Part shown: piece after piece, positions 61,045 through 64,000 of the stretch
Layout: every line of letters starts with the position of its first letter
How positions within the stretch are numbered: position 1 is the first letter of the stretch
Origin: Syntrophales bacterium
GTDB lineage: Bacteria > Desulfobacterota > Syntrophia > Syntrophales > UBA2210
DNA length: 64,000 nucleotides
Direction: 5' to 3'
Assembly: GCA_963662405.2 (NCBI GenBank)
Contig: CAXXKT010000001.1
Span: 2,528,001 to 2,592,000 of the forward strand
Translations under genes and position numbers: made by a program
The notes under the pieces: model-generated
Told to the model about the DNA's origin: nothing
What the model saw: only the letters and a program-made list of their open reading frames with translations
Databases searched by the model: none

Positions 61045-61821
61045 TCATGATAAGGTGTATGAGTCGAGCAGTCGGCGCTCGGTTTCCCCTTCAATCGTGG
61101 CGGTTACCTCAATGTAGGGTGCGAGGGGTGAATGTTCCAGCTTATTCCGCAAGAGCTGATCGATCTGGAATATCCCTGCCGAGTTGGAGAGCTTGATCTT
61201 GATACAGACCGGTTTTTTCGTCCCTTTTGTAATGCGCACCTCATCAACGGCCTGGGCGGAGAGGGAATGAATATTGACCTGACCCGATTCAAAAGGGATA
61301 CGGGAACGTCCCCGGGTCATATCCGTCGCGTCGGCTATCTTCAGGACACCTGCCTCGATTGTCAGACACGTCTCGCCGGAGCCGTGAGACACGATTGTGT
61401 GCAGCGTTTCCGATACCATCGTCGTCAAATCCGGTTCCGCATAAATCCTCTCCAGGAGCTCACGTGTCTTGCGAAAGGCGATAAAGAGGCTGTAGCGCTC
61501 GTGATGATCGCGGTGCACGGAGATCCCCGTGTCATGGAGACAGGCCCCCAGCACCACGATCAGTTCCGCGTCTTCAGGTGTCAACCCATGATCCCTGACG
61601 ACGCCGGGTTCGACACCCCCCTTGACAAGGAGGCGGATAATGCGCAGAGCGGCATTCGCCACGATGCGGATATGTACCTCTCCGTGGTCGCTCATCCCCA
61701 GGCGGTCTACGGCATTGACGTTTGCGCACTTCCAGATCTGAAACAACTCCTGATCGGCGTTGATCCGTTTGACGAGGTCATGCAACTTCCTGTTATCCCG
61801 TATGGGAATTTTAAATTCCAT
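61045..61821 (-). CDS. HD-domain phosphohydrolase
   Basis: SDHGEVH, LHDTG, ADATD; start at MEFKIP after AGGAGAGG. Confidence 0.85.
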   Translation of the reverse strand: MEFKIPIRDNRKLHDLVKRINADQELFQIWKCANVNAVDRLGMSDHGEVHIRIVANAALRIIRLLVKGGVEPGVVRDHGLTPEDAELIVVLGACLHDTGISVHRDHHERYSLFIAFRKTRELLERIYAEPDLTTMVSETLHTIVSHGSGETCLTIEAGVLKIADATDMTRGRSRIPFESGQVNIHSLSAQAVDEVRITKGTKKPVCIKIKLSNSAGIFQIDQLLRNKLEHSPLAPYIEVTATIEGETERRLLDSYTLS

Positions 61822-62169
61822 GGGAGAACCACCTCTCCTGTTTCGTATAATTTTTCGCGACCGACAACGGGTCGTTTTCGGGCCCTCCCGCGTTTCGGTC
61901 TTTACAAGCCAAACGGTGAATGAAGGCCGCTCCCCACGGTAAATCACCCCTTCTTCATACCAGACCGGCGGTTTTCTGACAATCAGTATCTCAATTTTAC
62001 GGAGCATTCTCAACCTGATAGGAAGGTGTACGGATGGTGGAGCGGTGACCTGAGGACGAATTCGCGGGTGCCCGGAACGAGGAGATATCTTGCGATATTA
62101 TGAAAAATGTACTACAAATGCGGTATACAGGTCGGTAATGTGAATCGGAATGATTGGAGTGAGATCTCT

Positions 62170-63357
62170 ATGGCAATATCGCGGAAAATCGAGGAATTTA
62201 TAGAGACATCTTCCTGGATACGGCGAATGTTCGAGGACGGTGTGAAACTGAAACAGCAATATGGTGCTGAAAACGTGTTCGATTTCAGTCTCGGGAACCC
62301 GAATGTCGATCCCCCGGACAGGTTCCGTGAACTGCTGGCCGAGATCGTGGAGGAGTGCGGGAACACCCGAGGCGCTCACATGTATATGCAGAATGTGGGG
62401 TATGCGGGTACGCGAACGGAGGTTGCCGCCTATCTCTCCCATGAGCACGAAATCCCTCTCTCTCCCGATCATATCGTTATGACATGCGGTGCCGGAGGGG
62501 CGCTCAATGTGGTCTTCAAGACCATCTTCGATCCGGGCGACGAGATCGTCATCCCGAAGCCTTTCTTCGCCGAGTATACCTTCTACGTTGATAATCATGG
62601 GGGGGTCCCCGTTTTCGTGGAGACGAACGATGATTTTTCTCTCGACCTGGAGGCCATGGAAAAGGCGGTGACCGAGAGGACGAAGGCGATCCTGATCAAC
62701 TCACCGAACAATCCCACCGGCACGGTATATGACCAGGCATCGATTGACGGACTGGCGTCCCTGATCGACGCGAAAGGACGACAGTACGGTACCGATATTT
62801 ACCTCATCTCGGATGAACCGTACAACACGATCGTCTATGACGGTCTCACGGTTCCCAGTATCATGAAGGCCTGCCGGAACGGCATCCTGATAACCTCCTA
62901 CTCAAAGAGCCTCTCCCTGCCGGGTGAGCGGATCGGCTATATTGCCCTCACACCCGGGATTGTCGATTATGAAAGGCTTATCGGAGGGCTGACTCTCTCC
63001 AATCGGATACTGGGCTTTACGAACGCCCCCGCCCTCATGCAGCGGGTTGTCGGGCGGATGCAGGGGGTGTACGTCGATGCCGAACACTATAGAAGGAAAC
63101 GCGATCTCTTGTGCGATGGCCTGTGGCAGGCGGGTCTTGAATTTGAAAAACCGGGTGGGGCCTTTTACCTCTTTCCCCGGACGCCGATAGAAGATGATGT
63201 GGCCTTCGTGCGCGCCCTTCAGAAAGAAAATATCCTTGTCGTTCCGGGACGTGGATTCGGCGGGCCGGGTCATGTCCGCATCAGTTACTGTGTCGATGAT
63301 GCCACGATTGTCAATGCGATGAAGGGCTTTGCGAAAGTAATGAAACAGTACAGCTGA
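62170..63357 (+). CDS. PLP-dependent aminotransferase class I/II (aspartate aminotransferase-like)
   Basis: FSLGNP, NSPNNPTG, DEPY, SYSKSLSLPGERIGY. Confidence 0.93.
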   Translation: MAISRKIEEFIETSSWIRRMFEDGVKLKQQYGAENVFDFSLGNPNVDPPDRFRELLAEIVEECGNTRGAHMYMQNVGYAGTRTEVAAYLSHEHEIPLSPDHIVMTCGAGGALNVVFKTIFDPGDEIVIPKPFFAEYTFYVDNHGGVPVFVETNDDFSLDLEAMEKAVTERTKAILINSPNNPTGTVYDQASIDGLASLIDAKGRQYGTDIYLISDEPYNTIVYDGLTVPSIMKACRNGILITSYSKSLSLPGERIGYIALTPGIVDYERLIGGLTLSNRILGFTNAPALMQRVVGRMQGVYVDAEHYRRKRDLLCDGLWQAGLEFEKPGGAFYLFPRTPIEDDVAFVRALQKENILVVPGRGFGGPGHVRISYCVDDATIVNAMKGFAKVMKQYS

Positions 63358-63376
63358 AAGGCCGAGGGAGGAGTAT

Positions 63377-63715
63377 ATGAAAGAACGTCGACCATGGGGA
63401 CATTATGAGGTTCTCTCCGATGAAGAGGACCACAAGGTCAAAAGGATTGTCGTCAATCCCGGAAAACGACTGAGTCTCCAAAGACATACCAATCGGGCTG
63501 AGCACTGGTATCTGCTCAGCGGGGAGGCTGTTGTTACCATTGACAGGGAAGATCATCAGTTGAAGAACGGCCAATCGGTCGATATCCCCCGGGGGACACT
63601 GCATCGCTTAAAGAACTCGGGAAAAGAGGACGTTATGTTCGTAGAGGTTCAAACGGGCGAGTACCTTGGTGAGGACGATATCGAGCGGGTCGAGGATGAT
63701 TTCGGGCGAGCCTAG
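63377..63715 (+). CDS. Phosphomannose isomerase type II C-terminal cupin domain protein
   Basis: RPWGHY, LSLQRH..RAEHW, EVQTGEYLGEDDIER. Confidence 0.9.
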   Translation: MKERRPWGHYEVLSDEEDHKVKRIVVNPGKRLSLQRHTNRAEHWYLLSGEAVVTIDREDHQLKNGQSVDIPRGTLHRLKNSGKEDVMFVEVQTGEYLGEDDIERVEDDFGRA

Positions 63716-63747
63716 AACCGATCTCGGGATCGTTTGGGGTAATTGCC

Positions 63748-64000
63748 ATGGAGGGGCTTACGGTTACCATACTCGGATCGGGGACGTGTGTTCCCTCCAT
63801 CAAGCGCAGTTCCTGCTCCGTGCTTATCGAGACGGGTACGGCGAAGCTCCTTTTCGATATAGGCCCCGGGACGATGCGGCGTCTCCTTGATGTTGGTGTC
63901 ACGATCGGAGAGATATCCCATCTTTTCGTTAGTCATCTCCATCCGGACCACACCGGAGAGTTGGTACCTTTTCTCTTCGCGAGCAAGTACCCGGAGAAAC
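63748..64000 (+). CDS. MBL-fold metallo-hydrolase (RNase Z-like), partial
   Basis: Translated by hand (not in ORF track): MEGLTVTILGSGTCVP...FDIGPG...SHLHPDH; runs off the window end. Confidence 0.85.
   Translation, partial: MEGLTVTILGSGTCVPSIKRSSCSVLIETGTAKLLFDIGPGTMRRLLDVGVTIGEISHLFVSHLHPDHTGELVPFLFASKYPEK

Overview
64-kb chromosomal window from an anaerobic deltaproteobacterium (Desulfobacterota, Syntrophales-like; inferred from gene content and order). 1-11.1 kb is core: ftsH(partial)-folP-acpS-tsaE-lysC-comEA, tRNA-Pro, tRNA-Leu, tig-clpP-clpX-lon, tRNA-Val and tRNA-Asp. An accessory region follows tRNA-Asp, with HD-GYP and GGDEF genes, a nitroreductase, yefM-yoeB, two IPTL-CTERM surface proteins, a broken MFS gene, a NifJ-type 2-oxoacid:ferredoxin oxidoreductase, a class IIC group II intron and a Mo-oxidoreductase/DUF169/HxlR module. 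The rest is mixed housekeeping genes, an IS110-family element, a sigma54-controlled catabolic island flanked by a duplicated DUF1786 3' end, an MMPL/LolA-like pair, nnr and small transport and metabolic genes. Two signals stand out, both absent from the ORF track. (1) The IS110 element sits inside a Shine-Dalgarno sequence, and its upstream non-coding region carries two parallel hairpin/guide modules matching the reconstructed target (AAAGGAG) and donor (ATAGGAG-GAATG) sites, i.e. a candidate bridge RNA programmed against ribosome-binding sites. (2) A Val/Leu-rich leader peptide with an antiterminator and two tandem terminators lies upstream of a divergent NifJ/PFOR paralog, suggesting branched-chain amino-acid attenuation of a 2-oxoacid synthase. 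No CRISPR array or rRNA was seen. All calls are by eye; no searches or folding programs were run.
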